DNA of 64,000 bases from Clostridia bacterium (GTDB lineage Bacteria; Bacillota; Clostridia; Christensenellales; Aristaeellaceae). Numbering within the stretch: position 1 is the first letter of the stretch; the number at the start of each line of letters is the position of its first letter. The notes beneath the pieces were generated by a model. It did not search any database. It was not told where the DNA came from and saw only the letters and a program-made list of their open reading frames with translations. Made by a program: the position numbers and the translations under genes. Where the stretch lies: positions 88,280-152,279 of the forward strand of contig JAZSRC010000016.1 in NCBI GenBank assembly GCA_045538305.1, given 5' to 3'. Shown here piece by piece: positions 36,392-45,897 of the stretch.

Positions 36392-37853
36392 AAGCATATT
36401 CCGCTCCCTTCGATGGCAGTTTGTAGTCGCCTACCTGCTGATTATCATCATCGCCTTTACGATTGTAACGGCGTCGGTGATTCAGTTGGTAGGCGAATAT
36501 CTGTTTAATCAACGCGTACGCGAAGAGGAGCGCGTTGCAGCGGAAACCGCACAGGAGTTTGCGCCAATGTTCCTCGCCCGCGATGCGGCGGGTATGTACC
36601 ATCGGGCGACGGAAATCAGCCAGCAGTACGATTCACAAATCATCGTGCTGGACGAATACGGAATCGTACAGGTAGATTCTCAAAGCCGCCTGAACGGCCA
36701 CCGTCTCGCTATTGAGCAGGTTGCAAATGTGCTTGGCGGAAGCGAAAGCGATTACGGCTATTATCAGGCGCCCGCTGCAGACGCCATATTTCTGACTCAT
36801 TCCGAAGACGCCGGCGTTATGACGGGCGTCTATTCGCATGCCATTCACGATAAAACAAGCATTTCCGGCGTTCTTTTATACATTTCAAAGGCGCAGGATA
36901 TCTATATCGGCCTTTCGTCGGTCACCCGGCAGATTTCTATGATTCTTCTGGCGGTATTTGCCGTTATCGGCCTTTTCTCCATTATCATTGTAAATCTGTT
37001 TACGCGCCCGGTGAAGGACTTGAGCGACGGTATTCAGCAGATTTCCAAGGGTGATTTTACTGCCCGCGTACGCGTACGCGGCAAAAACGAATTTTCCGAG
37101 CTTGCCCGCGCGTTCAACAGCATGTCCTCCCGTATGGAAGTGCTCGACCGATCCCGAAATCAGTTCGTATCAAACGCGTCGCACGAGCTGAAAACGCCGT
37201 TAAGCACAATGAAAATCCTCCTGCAGACCATACTCTATCAGGAGGTATACGACCCTGAAATTTCAAAAGAATTCCTTACGGACATCGATAAAGAAATCGA
37301 CCGGTTGAGTTATGTAATCAGCGATCTACTGACGCTGGTCAGCATAGACAGCGGCGAGCTGCGCCTTAAAACTGCACCGCTTTCCCTTCGGGATCTGATA
37401 CGGGATAACGTAAAGCGCCTTCTGCCTCTTGCGCGCGAGCGCGGTATCGAACTGGAGTTTACCTGCCGGGAAAACGTAGAAACCATGGGCGATATGATGA
37501 AGCTGAACCAGGTGTTTTATAACCTGATCGATAACGCCATCAAGTACACGCCCCGCGGCGGCAGCGTGCGCGTGGACCTGGTAAGGCAGGGAAAAATGGC
37601 CGTTGGCCGCGTTACAGATACCGGCATCGGCATACCGGCGGAGGATCAGATTCATATTTTCGATCGCTTCTATCGCGTGGACAAAGCGCGGTCCCGTGAA
37701 ACCGGCGGCACGGGTCTGGGCCTTTCCATCGTAAAGCAGATCGTGCTTCTGCATTCGGGAAACATATTCGTAACCTCGGAAGAAAACGTCGGCTCCACCT
37801 TCACGGTAGAGCTTCCGATACTGATGAAATCATCCGGAGGAAAGAGCGCATGA
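36306..37853 (+). CDS. sensor histidine kinase (two TM helices, HAMP, HisKA, HATPase_c)
   Basis: H-box SHELKTPL plus N, G1 and G2 boxes. The start is uncertain: ATG 36306 overlaps the response regulator by 86 nt, and GTG 36354 is an alternative. Confidence 0.85.
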   Translation: MKRSKRTPRSRNSYSPNGVSAIISLTRIKSIFRSLRWQFVVAYLLIIIIAFTIVTASVIQLVGEYLFNQRVREEERVAAETAQEFAPMFLARDAAGMYHRATEISQQYDSQIIVLDEYGIVQVDSQSRLNGHRLAIEQVANVLGGSESDYGYYQAPAADAIFLTHSEDAGVMTGVYSHAIHDKTSISGVLLYISKAQDIYIGLSSVTRQISMILLAVFAVIGLFSIIIVNLFTRPVKDLSDGIQQISKGDFTARVRVRGKNEFSELARAFNSMSSRMEVLDRSRNQFVSNASHELKTPLSTMKILLQTILYQEVYDPEISKEFLTDIDKEIDRLSYVISDLLTLVSIDSGELRLKTAPLSLRDLIRDNVKRLLPLARERGIELEFTCRENVETMGDMMKLNQVFYNLIDNAIKYTPRGGSVRVDLVRQGKMAVGRVTDTGIGIPAEDQIHIFDRFYRVDKARSRETGGTGLGLSIVKQIVLLHSGNIFVTSEENVGSTFTVELPILMKSSGGKSA

Positions 37854-39388
37854 TAAAGCAATACATTCATACACGCTCCGGGTTCCGGCGCACAGCGGCA
37901 TTACTGACCGTTCTTTTCTTCCTGTCGGCCTCGCTTGGCGGCTGTTCGTCCGTGAAAGGGTTGAAGGACACCGCGCAGGCATACATCCCTGTCGAATTGC
38001 CCGAACCCAATGAAAATATTCCCTCCGCGCCTCTGGGCGATATAACGGAGGGAGAAATCTGGCGCGCGCAGATATATTCCGTCAACGCCGACGGCAGCAT
38101 GCTTGCACCCTCCACGCGCGTTATGTGGCTGACCGCACCGGAAACCAAAGCGCTGCGCCTGTGCGAAGAGGCGCTGAGAACTCCCACCCTTTCCGACAGC
38201 ACCGCCATTGCCCCGCGGAATTCCTCAATTGCATATATTGAAACCGGCATGCAGACGGCGACGGTAAACGTACTGCCCGGGAGCGTTCTGACAGGTTCCA
38301 ATGCGCCCGCGCATCTGGCGTCTGCAATGGCCAGCACGCTCATGGAGTTGGACGATATAGAAAACGTAAACGTACTCGTCTTCGACCGCGCGATGAGCTA
38401 CATGAATCTGCCCATCGGCGCAATCACACAGGAAGGGGCAAGTTTGGAGAAAATGCTGGCGGACGCTTCAAGCGAATCCGTTCGCCTGTCTACAGCAGAT
38501 GCCGACGATTGGCGCCTTACCAGAAACGTAACGATGTATTTCCCGTCCTGGGATGGGAAGTATATCATTCCGCAGACCCGCGAAACAGTGTTTACTTCCC
38601 CCGACTATGCAACGCAGCTCATCGACGGTCTCAGCAAAGCGCCTCCGCTCGACAAGCTACTGCCGGGCATTCCTCTGGTTGGCGGAGCGCTTGAATCCGA
38701 TTGTGTCGTTGTAAATGAAAGCGATGAAAACATACTGGAAATCCGCTTCAGTAAAACCATTCTGAACGCGCTTGAAATCAGCCCCGTTGAAAAGTGGCAG
38801 TTTCTGGCAAGCATAGCGATGACGGTAACTACCTTCTGTCCGGATATTTCCGGCGTACGCATATTTGTCAACGGCGAAAGCGTACAGAAAGTGAAGGATA
38901 ACATCGGTACAGAGATCGTATTCCCCGGCGCGATTATCCGCAGGAGCGATTTCGCCGGACGCATCGGCGCGCTTGTGCCCACATACTTTAAAGACCAAGA
39001 TGGAAACCTGCTTTGCGAAATGCACGCCGTGCCGCTTATGGATGTAGCCTCTGTCCGCCAAAGGCTTTCCTTATTGATGAACGGCCCCGATACCTACGGT
39101 CTTTTCCGCACCTTCCCAAGGGGGCTCACGCAATCGGATGTATTGGGAACCCGCTTAAAGGATGGCGTCGCCAGTATTAATCTGTCCTCCGAGGTATATC
39201 GTCTTTGTCAAAGCATGACGCCCAACGAGGAGTTTCTCTTTGTGTACTCCATTGTGAACACATTATCGACCATAGAAGGCGTAACCGGCGTACGCATTTA
39301 CATCGACAGCAGAAGCGTGGATACGCTTGCCGGCCATATATGGCTGAAAGGCCTGCTGCTTCCAAACATCGGTTTGGCGTCGGACTAA
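37850..39388 (+). CDS. lipoprotein (LGGCSS lipobox), possibly carrying GerMN-like domains
   Basis: Signal peptide plus lipobox. Its start overlaps the histidine kinase stop (ATGA). The domain assignment is tentative. Confidence 0.55.
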   Translation: MIKQYIHTRSGFRRTAALLTVLFFLSASLGGCSSVKGLKDTAQAYIPVELPEPNENIPSAPLGDITEGEIWRAQIYSVNADGSMLAPSTRVMWLTAPETKALRLCEEALRTPTLSDSTAIAPRNSSIAYIETGMQTATVNVLPGSVLTGSNAPAHLASAMASTLMELDDIENVNVLVFDRAMSYMNLPIGAITQEGASLEKMLADASSESVRLSTADADDWRLTRNVTMYFPSWDGKYIIPQTRETVFTSPDYATQLIDGLSKAPPLDKLLPGIPLVGGALESDCVVVNESDENILEIRFSKTILNALEISPVEKWQFLASIAMTVTTFCPDISGVRIFVNGESVQKVKDNIGTEIVFPGAIIRRSDFAGRIGALVPTYFKDQDGNLLCEMHAVPLMDVASVRQRLSLLMNGPDTYGLFRTFPRGLTQSDVLGTRLKDGVASINLSSEVYRLCQSMTPNEEFLFVYSIVNTLSTIEGVTGVRIYIDSRSVDTLAGHIWLKGLLLPNIGLASD

Positions 39389-40959
39389 AGTTCCGTTTCC
39401 GCTTCAAATTCGATCAGAAAGCGGTTCAGCTGCAAAATGGAGCAAAGCGCCCCTATATCCGCGCATCCGCCGCGCACATGCTTTTTGATCTTATCCGCAT
39501 CAGCAAGGCGGCTGACCGGCTCATTATCGTCCGACGCAATGCGAAGTGCGTCCTCAAGCACCCGTTTTTCAAACGCCTCCGGAGGCATCTGCGCAATCCG
39601 AAGGCGTTTTTCGTTTACCATCTCAGCGCCGGACATTTCCATCGCCAGCCTTTCAACGCATCCGTCTTCTCCTGCGCACACAAGGTTTACAACTACCCGT
39701 TCGTCAAACATCGGAGAATGCAGTTTCACTCCCATATGATGCGCAATCGCCCACCGCTTTTGCGAAACTGCCGGCAGCGCAAACAACGCGTACTGAAGAT
39801 TGGAAACCAACTGATCATCGCATGCGTCCGCACCGCCCGAAAACAGAAGCCGATCCAGCATTTCATGCCTGCGATCATTCACATACTGATCGGCATTCAG
39901 TTTCTCCTTCACCCAGCGCTTAACGTATGTAAGCGCGTTGTCGCCCTCCGCCCATGGAAATATGCCGCCTCTCGCATACAACCCGTCGTCCATCGAAGCT
40001 GCCAGGTTCTTTTCATGCTTCGAAGCACCCTTAACAGCCAGCATAAATAGCGCATCCTCCCACTTGTAGCCGGGAAAGCCCATAATATGCGCGTTTTCTT
40101 CCATACAATCGAACAATTCATCACCGTCCGTCGACAGGTCCTCCAAGGAAAGGTTCAGATTCAAAATTTCTTTTCTATACTCCGGCGTAATTCTATCCTT
40201 AAGCGCGTATCCTCTCGGGCATTCCCGATATTTTCTTTCAATCGCACCGGAAAGCGCAATATCGCCGGGACTTCCCAAGATCAATATTCCCGGCTGTTTC
40301 CTTGACATTTCTCCGGCAGCGCTTATATAGCTTTCCCGAAACGTGGCATAGTCCGACCTTTCCTTCTTTTCAACTGCGCTGATCAGAGAATAGTATCTTT
40401 TCACCCGAACGCCTCTGCCATCGGAAAGCAGCATACAGCCGGCCTCAAGCATACGGATATCCCGAAACGGCGTCCTTCCAGGGGTATACACACCGCCCAT
40501 GGCCAGTATTTCGCAAAGTCCCTCCCGATTCACCATACGCCCGGCGGCGCCCGCCAGAAGCAAAAACTCCGCGCGGGATGCAAACGCAGTGCTGCGCGCC
40601 CGCCACGAATAATACACCGGTAAAGCGCCCATTCTGTCGCGGGTAACAATCATTCTGTCCTCCGCCCGGTCTATGACAGCAGTCATTACCGCGCCTTCTA
40701 TGTGCGACGGATAATCCACGCCCCATGTTTTATACGCACGCATGACGATGGCGCTTGGCCTGCTGTGATACGGAAGCCGAAACGCCCGCGCCAGCTGACT
40801 ATGGTTTCTCAAATCCCCCTCCGCCAGCGCAATTACACCGCCCTCTGTGCAAATGTCTTTCCCGCTCAGCGCATTCGTGCCAAGCGAAATAAAGGTTTCC
40901 CCGGTAATAGACTGCACATGGGCCGTTCGCGCGTGTCGGTACATGCCCAAAAATGCCAT
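39385..40959 (-). CDS. asparagine synthetase B-like protein, degenerate (no Cys1 nucleophile, PP-loop replaced by GSPGDIA)
   Basis: Similarity to the AsnB glutaminase fold (TRDRMGALPVYY) and synthetase domain. RBS GGAGG 9 nt before the ATG at 40959 yields MAFLGMY rather than MCG. Confidence 0.65.
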   Translation of the reverse strand: MAFLGMYRHARTAHVQSITGETFISLGTNALSGKDICTEGGVIALAEGDLRNHSQLARAFRLPYHSRPSAIVMRAYKTWGVDYPSHIEGAVMTAVIDRAEDRMIVTRDRMGALPVYYSWRARSTAFASRAEFLLLAGAAGRMVNREGLCEILAMGGVYTPGRTPFRDIRMLEAGCMLLSDGRGVRVKRYYSLISAVEKKERSDYATFRESYISAAGEMSRKQPGILILGSPGDIALSGAIERKYRECPRGYALKDRITPEYRKEILNLNLSLEDLSTDGDELFDCMEENAHIMGFPGYKWEDALFMLAVKGASKHEKNLAASMDDGLYARGGIFPWAEGDNALTYVKRWVKEKLNADQYVNDRRHEMLDRLLFSGGADACDDQLVSNLQYALFALPAVSQKRWAIAHHMGVKLHSPMFDERVVVNLVCAGEDGCVERLAMEMSGAEMVNEKRLRIAQMPPEAFEKRVLEDALRIASDDNEPVSRLADADKIKKHVRGGCADIGALCSILQLNRFLIEFEAETEL

Positions 40960-41068
40960 AAAGCGCGCCTCCTTACAACAATTCATCAAAAAAGGCTATG
41001 CAGCGCCCGGTTTCGGCATTCCGTATAGGCTGTTGATCGTTAAAATGCATTAAAATGTTTTTGGGGTA

Positions 41069-41097
41069 TTGCGTCCGGTAAATATGCATGGTATAAT
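41069..41097 (+). promoter_or_regulatory. sigma-A promoter for the lysine-riboswitch/dap operon (TTGCGT, 17 nt spacer, TGgTATAAT)
   Basis: Hexamers at 41069-41074 and 41092-41097. Confidence 0.5.
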
Positions 41098-41114
41098 TCA
41101 ACTAATTTCATACA

Positions 41115-41335
41115 AGGATAGAGGCGCGGGATATAAGGATTCATCGCAAGTCGGCAGGCATTTGAGCGATGATGAGGGCGTTCCCGCCGAATCGCGCGAT
41201 GAGGCGTCAGCGCGCGATGGTACGTCGGACAATATCCGCCGTACTGTCTGCACAGTGTGCGGGAGAGCTATCAGCCAAAGTGTTTTTCAGTCAAACCGGC
41301 GTGCTTTCTCCGTGCAGCCGGTTTGATTTTTTTGT
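41115..41335 (+). promoter_or_regulatory. lysine riboswitch (L-box) with terminator
   Basis: GATAGAGGCGC at the start; GAGGGCGTTCCCGCCGAA, CTGTCTGCA and GGGAGAGCTATC conserved blocks. Terminator AAACCGGC..GCCGGTTTGATTTTTTT at 41293-41330. It sits upstream of dapA. Confidence 0.8.
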
Positions 41336-41348
41336 GGAGGTTGAATAT

Positions 41349-42230
41349 ATGTACAGATTCAGCGGCAGCTATGTGGCAATCGTAACCCCCTTTCACGATG
41401 ACGGCAGCGTGAACTTCAAAAAGTTGGAAGAACTGATTGAATTTCAGATTCAAAACGGAACCGACGGCATCGTCGTGCTCGGAACGACGGGTGAAAGCAG
41501 TACAATGAGTCACGAAGAGGATGAAGACGTCGTTCGCGCCGCTATGAGCGCCGTATCTCACCGGATTCCGGTCATTGCCGGCGCAGGCTCCAACAGCACG
41601 GAAACCTCGCTGATGAAATCTATCGCATACGACAAGCTGGGCGTAGACGGCCTTCTGCTGATTACTCCCTACTACAACAAGGCCAATCAGCGCGGTATGG
41701 TGCGCCACTTCACCGACGTTGCCGACAGAGTCAGCGCCAAGATCATCGCCTACAACGTTCCGGGGCGCACCGGCTGCTCGCTTACGCCAAAATCGGTAGA
41801 AGCGCTGAGCAGGCATGAAAACATTGTCGGCATTAAGGAAGCCTCCGGCGACATGAGCTATCTTATGAACATCGCGCACCTTGCATCGGATGATTTTGCA
41901 ATCATCTCAGGAAACGATGATATTACCCTTCCCATCATGGCTGCGGGAGGCGCTGGCTGTATCTCGGTGCTGGCCAACATTTGTCCCAGAGAAACGAGCG
42001 ACATGATTCACGCATTTATGGAGGGCAATCTTGCTACGGCGCGCGCGCTTCAGCTGAAATACCTCAAGCTCATCCACGCACTTTTCAGCGACGTAAACCC
42101 CATTCCCGTCAAAACCGCCATGAACCTGATGGGGATGAATGTCGGCGGCTTCCGAATGCCGCTTTGCGAAATGGATGAGGATAAGGAAGCAGCGCTTAAA
42201 GGCATTCTGGCGGACTATAAGCTGATCTGA
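41349..42230 (+). CDS. dapA: 4-hydroxy-tetrahydrodipicolinate synthase
   Basis: DapA motifs (GTTGES, catalytic Lys in IVGIKEASG). RBS GGAGG lies before the ATG at 41349; the longer ORF-track start runs through the riboswitch. Confidence 0.9.
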   Translation: MYRFSGSYVAIVTPFHDDGSVNFKKLEELIEFQIQNGTDGIVVLGTTGESSTMSHEEDEDVVRAAMSAVSHRIPVIAGAGSNSTETSLMKSIAYDKLGVDGLLLITPYYNKANQRGMVRHFTDVADRVSAKIIAYNVPGRTGCSLTPKSVEALSRHENIVGIKEASGDMSYLMNIAHLASDDFAIISGNDDITLPIMAAGGAGCISVLANICPRETSDMIHAFMEGNLATARALQLKYLKLIHALFSDVNPIPVKTAMNLMGMNVGGFRMPLCEMDEDKEAALKGILADYKLI

Positions 42231-42241
42231 CGGAGGACACT

Positions 42242-42961
42242 ATGAACGCAATTCTTGTTGGCTATGGAAGAATGGGCCGCATGATCGAGGAAATGCTGAT
42301 TGCAAGGGGACACGGCATTTCGGGAATCGTAGATATAAACCGCCTGTCAAAACCGGAGGATGTACTGGAAAAAGCCGATGTGATCATCGATTTTTCACAC
42401 CCGAACGCACTCGGAAGCACCCTTGCATACGCTGCCGAAAACCGTATGCCCGCCGTGATCGGAACGACCAATCTGACGGATTCCGACAAAGCGCTCATGA
42501 AAGAAGCCGCCCTTCACGCCCCGATTCTGTACAGCGCCAATTACGCTTTGGGCGTCGCTGTCATGAAGCGGGCTTGCCAAATGCTGTATGGAATACTGGG
42601 CGACGATTTTGACGTAGAAATCATAGAAACCCACCATAACAAAAAAGCCGATGCGCCCAGCGGAACCGCAAAGGCGCTTGCCGACGCCATTGACCCCGAG
42701 CAAAAGCTGACGCGCGTGTATGGCCGTCAGGGCGCATCCGGTACGCGCAAAAAGGAACTGGGCATTCACGCCGTTCGCGGCGGAACGGTTGCGGGAGAAC
42801 ACAAGGCGATGTTCTTCGGCGAGGACGAGATTCTCGAAATCCGGCATGAAGCCGCCAGCAGGAGAATATTTGCAAAGGGCGCGGTTTGCGCAGCCGAAAA
42901 GCTGAAAAACCTGACGCCGGGGCTGTATTCCCTTGAAGACATATTGTGGGAGGGAGCATAA
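42242..42961 (+). CDS. dapB: 4-hydroxy-tetrahydrodipicolinate reductase
   Basis: DapB N-terminal Rossmann motif (GYGRMGR) and [18 protein letters not shown] motif. Confidence 0.88.
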   Translation: MNAILVGYGRMGRMIEEMLIARGHGISGIVDINRLSKPEDVLEKADVIIDFSHPNALGSTLAYAAENRMPAVIGTTNLTDSDKALMKEAALHAPILYSANYALGVAVMKRACQMLYGILGDDFDVEIIETHHNKKADAPSGTAKALADAIDPEQKLTRVYGRQGASGTRKKELGIHAVRGGTVAGEHKAMFFGEDEILEIRHEAASRRIFAKGAVCAAEKLKNLTPGLYSLEDILWEGA

Positions 42962-43653
42962 TGAACGCACAGGAAATTATCAATTTCATCCATAATGCAG
43001 AAAAAAAGACGCCCGTTAAGGCGTATATCCGCGAAAACGCGCCGGTTGATTACGGAAATCTTCGCGTTTTCGGCGCAGGCGATAAGATTGTATTTGGCGA
43101 CTGGAAGGATATCGAACCGTTTTTATTGGCAAATCAGGACAAAATCGCGGATGTTATCATTGAAAATGATTGCAGAAACAGCGCCGTTCCGCTGCTGGAT
43201 ATCAAAGGCATCAAAGCCCGCATCGAACCCGGCGCAATCATTCGCGACCGCGTGGAGATCGGCGAACGTGCGGTGATCATGATGGGCGCAATTATCAACA
43301 TCGGCGCAGTGATCGGCGAAGGCACTATGATTGATATGGGCGCAGTGCTCGGAGGCCGCGCAACCGTAGGAAAAAACTGTCATATCGGCGCAGGCGCGGT
43401 GCTGGCAGGCGTTGTGGAACCCGCCAGCGCCACACCGGTTATTGTAGAAGACAACGTACTGATCGGCGCAAATGCAGTTGTGATTGAAGGCACGCGCATC
43501 GGACGCGGCGCAGTTGTTGCCGCAGGCGCAGTAGTAACGCAGGATGTACCCGAAAATGCGGTTGTCGCCGGCGTTCCCGCACGCATAATCAAAATGAAGG
43601 ACGAAAAAACAGAAAGCAAGACCGCTCTGGTAGACGCGCTGCGAAGTCTGTAA
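42961..43653 (+). CDS. dapH: 2,3,4,5-tetrahydropyridine-2,6-dicarboxylate N-acetyltransferase (hexapeptide-repeat)
   Basis: Left-handed beta-helix hexapeptide repeats. The ATG overlaps the dapB stop (TAATG) and is preceded by GGAGGGAG. Confidence 0.82.
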   Translation: MNAQEIINFIHNAEKKTPVKAYIRENAPVDYGNLRVFGAGDKIVFGDWKDIEPFLLANQDKIADVIIENDCRNSAVPLLDIKGIKARIEPGAIIRDRVEIGERAVIMMGAIINIGAVIGEGTMIDMGAVLGGRATVGKNCHIGAGAVLAGVVEPASATPVIVEDNVLIGANAVVIEGTRIGRGAVVAAGAVVTQDVPENAVVAGVPARIIKMKDEKTESKTALVDALRSL

Positions 43654-43694
43654 CGAGCAGGAACAGGTCGGCCAGTTTGCACATACAGGAAAAA

Positions 43695-43728
43695 GTTTGG
43701 AGAGGGCAAAGCCTCTCCATTTTCATTT
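43695..43728 (+). terminator. intrinsic terminator (GGAGAGG..CCTCTCC plus T-run)
   Basis: Stem 43699-43718 followed by ATTTTCATTT. Confidence 0.55.
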
Positions 43729-43745
43729 GTTTTCAGTGATAAACT

Positions 43746-44504
43746 CTATCGCTCCTGCTCCCGGGTATTGGTGGGATAGAGCCGTTTTGGAATATTGCGG
43801 TATGGAACAACGATATGCTCGGGCAAGCCGTATGCGATTTCGGTGATCTCCTTCATAAGCTGATCGCTGATACGGCGGCGCTCATCGGCGACAGGCGTAT
43901 CCTCGCAGGAACGAATCGGTTTTCCCAAATACATTTTCTTCAGATTCGGCGCTATGTACAGCGGTACAAAGGAAAGAGTTTTTCCCGTTCGCCTGTAATA
44001 CAGCCGCGCAATATCCGTAAATCCTTCCTGAAAATCATTAACAATATTGTTGTGCTTCTGATCGTGCTCGGGAAAAACGACAATGTTGTTTCCGTTTTGC
44101 AGCTTTTCGACCGACTCTTTGAAGGTTTGCAGCACATGGTTCTCCTTATACACTGCTATTGTTCTGGCATTATTGAATATTACCACCGACAGAGGAGCGA
44201 TCACATAGGACGCAAATCGAAAAAACGGGCGAATCCATTTGGGCTTCTGCGACCAAAAATCCTGATATGCGTATGCGGGTACCTCCTTCAGCTTCATCAT
44301 GGGCGCTGCGCACCAGGTGTAACAATTCTCCGGTAAGTACAATTCACAGGCAATCGGCCCATGAAGCTGTGAATGATTGCCTACAATGGCACAGGGCTCA
44401 TCAGGAAGGTTTTCAAATCCTACGACCTCTATTCTGGGATAAAAAAGTCGTACCGCCGCTTTGATAATGCGAAAAAGCCAAAATGTTTTTCTGTTTGTAT
44501 TCAA
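43746..44504 (-). CDS. lysophospholipid (1-acyl-glycerol-3-phosphate) acyltransferase family protein
   Basis: PlsC-like acyltransferase region around GNHSQLHG. The motif is imperfect, so this is a family-level call only. Confidence 0.65.
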   Translation of the reverse strand: MNTNRKTFWLFRIIKAAVRLFYPRIEVVGFENLPDEPCAIVGNHSQLHGPIACELYLPENCYTWCAAPMMKLKEVPAYAYQDFWSQKPKWIRPFFRFASYVIAPLSVVIFNNARTIAVYKENHVLQTFKESVEKLQNGNNIVVFPEHDQKHNNIVNDFQEGFTDIARLYYRRTGKTLSFVPLYIAPNLKKMYLGKPIRSCEDTPVADERRRISDQLMKEITEIAYGLPEHIVVPYRNIPKRLYPTNTREQER

Positions 44505-44626
44505 GGTTCATCCTTCTTTCCATCCTGTGGGCAAAACACAACAGATACATGCGGAATTAAGGAATATTCAAACCACGCGGTTTGTCATTACAGTATTCCA
44601 AAGTATCTTTTTATGACAGCATGCCG

Positions 44627-45880
44627 TCAGAAGCCGTACGCCCACACCGGTTCATCGGGAAGGCAAATAAGCGACATACCCGCATCATCCTCATACAGCA
44701 CATAGCCTGCCTTCGGCATCATAATTAAATGACAGACAACGGGTATCAGCTCATTACCGGAATCATCGATCATACCGCATATAATCTCATGATCAATACG
44801 ATCCTTATAGCGGGTAACAACATAATATCCTTTTTCGTTCCATATGCCAAGCGGCGAAATATCCAGATATTTTTCGGATACCTGATTTCCCTCAGCATCC
44901 ACCAGATACGCACAATCAGTATATACGATCATATTTCCGTTTTCGCCCGGAATGACATAACTGTCCTCCGGGAGCGACATAACTTCCTCTCCGGTTTCAT
45001 CCATAACACACACACCGGTATTCGTATAAACATACACCCGGTTCCCGCCGACCGAAGCGTATGCGCCGTATATCTTAAGATCCAGCTGATACAGTTCCTT
45101 TACCGTCTGTTTGTCAAATACGGTAATACCCGAATGATAGCTTACCGCGGCGATCAGCGCATTTTCACCGGTTCCGATATCCACAAAGTCATACTTGGGC
45201 GTAATCAGCCAGTTTCCGTTTTCATCAATCACGCCCGTTCCGGAATCAAGCGTAACGATCGCGCGCCCGTTTTCAAAAGCCTCCGCATAGGCATACTGCG
45301 GACGCACCGCCCACTGCCCATCCGAATTGAGATAGCCATATCTTCCGTTTTCTGCGGAAAGGGCGGGCGCCAGCCTACCCGAAAACGGCGTCAGGAATGA
45401 CGAAACCTTAACGCCTGTGGGAGAAACATAGCCGCTTTCGTCAATCAGATACACGCCGTCTGCAAAATCATCCCAGATATCCGTACGAAATGCGAAATAA
45501 CCGCCCGCATTATTGGATACGATCCAGGTAAACTCGCAGGGAACGACGATTTCAAGCAAATCATTCATTACGCCGTATTGTTCCCCAATACCAAACAGAA
45601 TTCCCGTATCCATTGCACTCAGCGATGAGTATTCCGCCCCGGACAGCAATTGCCCCTTTTCATCCATAAGAGCGTATTTTCCGTTTCCGTTCATAACCGC
45701 ATACAATTCGTTTTCCCTGAGCGCAATAATATCCGTATACGCTCCGGGCGCTGTAAGCGTTTCTCCCGTATCGGAAATCAGCGCGCTGTATGTGCCCGAT
45801 ACGGCGATGGACGCATGCGCGCTGAACGCAAACGCGCAAATCAGCAGAGCTAGCATAAGCGTTTTGAAGATTTCTTTCAT
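44627..45880 (-). CDS. secreted WG-containing (KWG-type) repeat protein
   Basis: Signal peptide and repeated NG(K/R)YGY..DG.W...P.Y units. RBS GGGAGG lies before the ATG 17 nt after the polC stop. Confidence 0.6.
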   Translation of the reverse strand: MKEIFKTLMLALLICAFAFSAHASIAVSGTYSALISDTGETLTAPGAYTDIIALRENELYAVMNGNGKYALMDEKGQLLSGAEYSSLSAMDTGILFGIGEQYGVMNDLLEIVVPCEFTWIVSNNAGGYFAFRTDIWDDFADGVYLIDESGYVSPTGVKVSSFLTPFSGRLAPALSAENGRYGYLNSDGQWAVRPQYAYAEAFENGRAIVTLDSGTGVIDENGNWLITPKYDFVDIGTGENALIAAVSYHSGITVFDKQTVKELYQLDLKIYGAYASVGGNRVYVYTNTGVCVMDETGEEVMSLPEDSYVIPGENGNMIVYTDCAYLVDAEGNQVSEKYLDISPLGIWNEKGYYVVTRYKDRIDHEIICGMIDDSGNELIPVVCHLIMMPKAGYVLYEDDAGMSLICLPDEPVWAYGF

Positions 45881-45897
45881 AAAACCGTCACCTCCCG

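Noticed and set aside
41169-41348. ORF-track N-terminal extension of dapA (MMRAFPPNRAMRRQRAM...)
   Set aside because: The extension runs through the lysine riboswitch aptamer and its terminator. The true start is the RBS-supported ATG at 41349.
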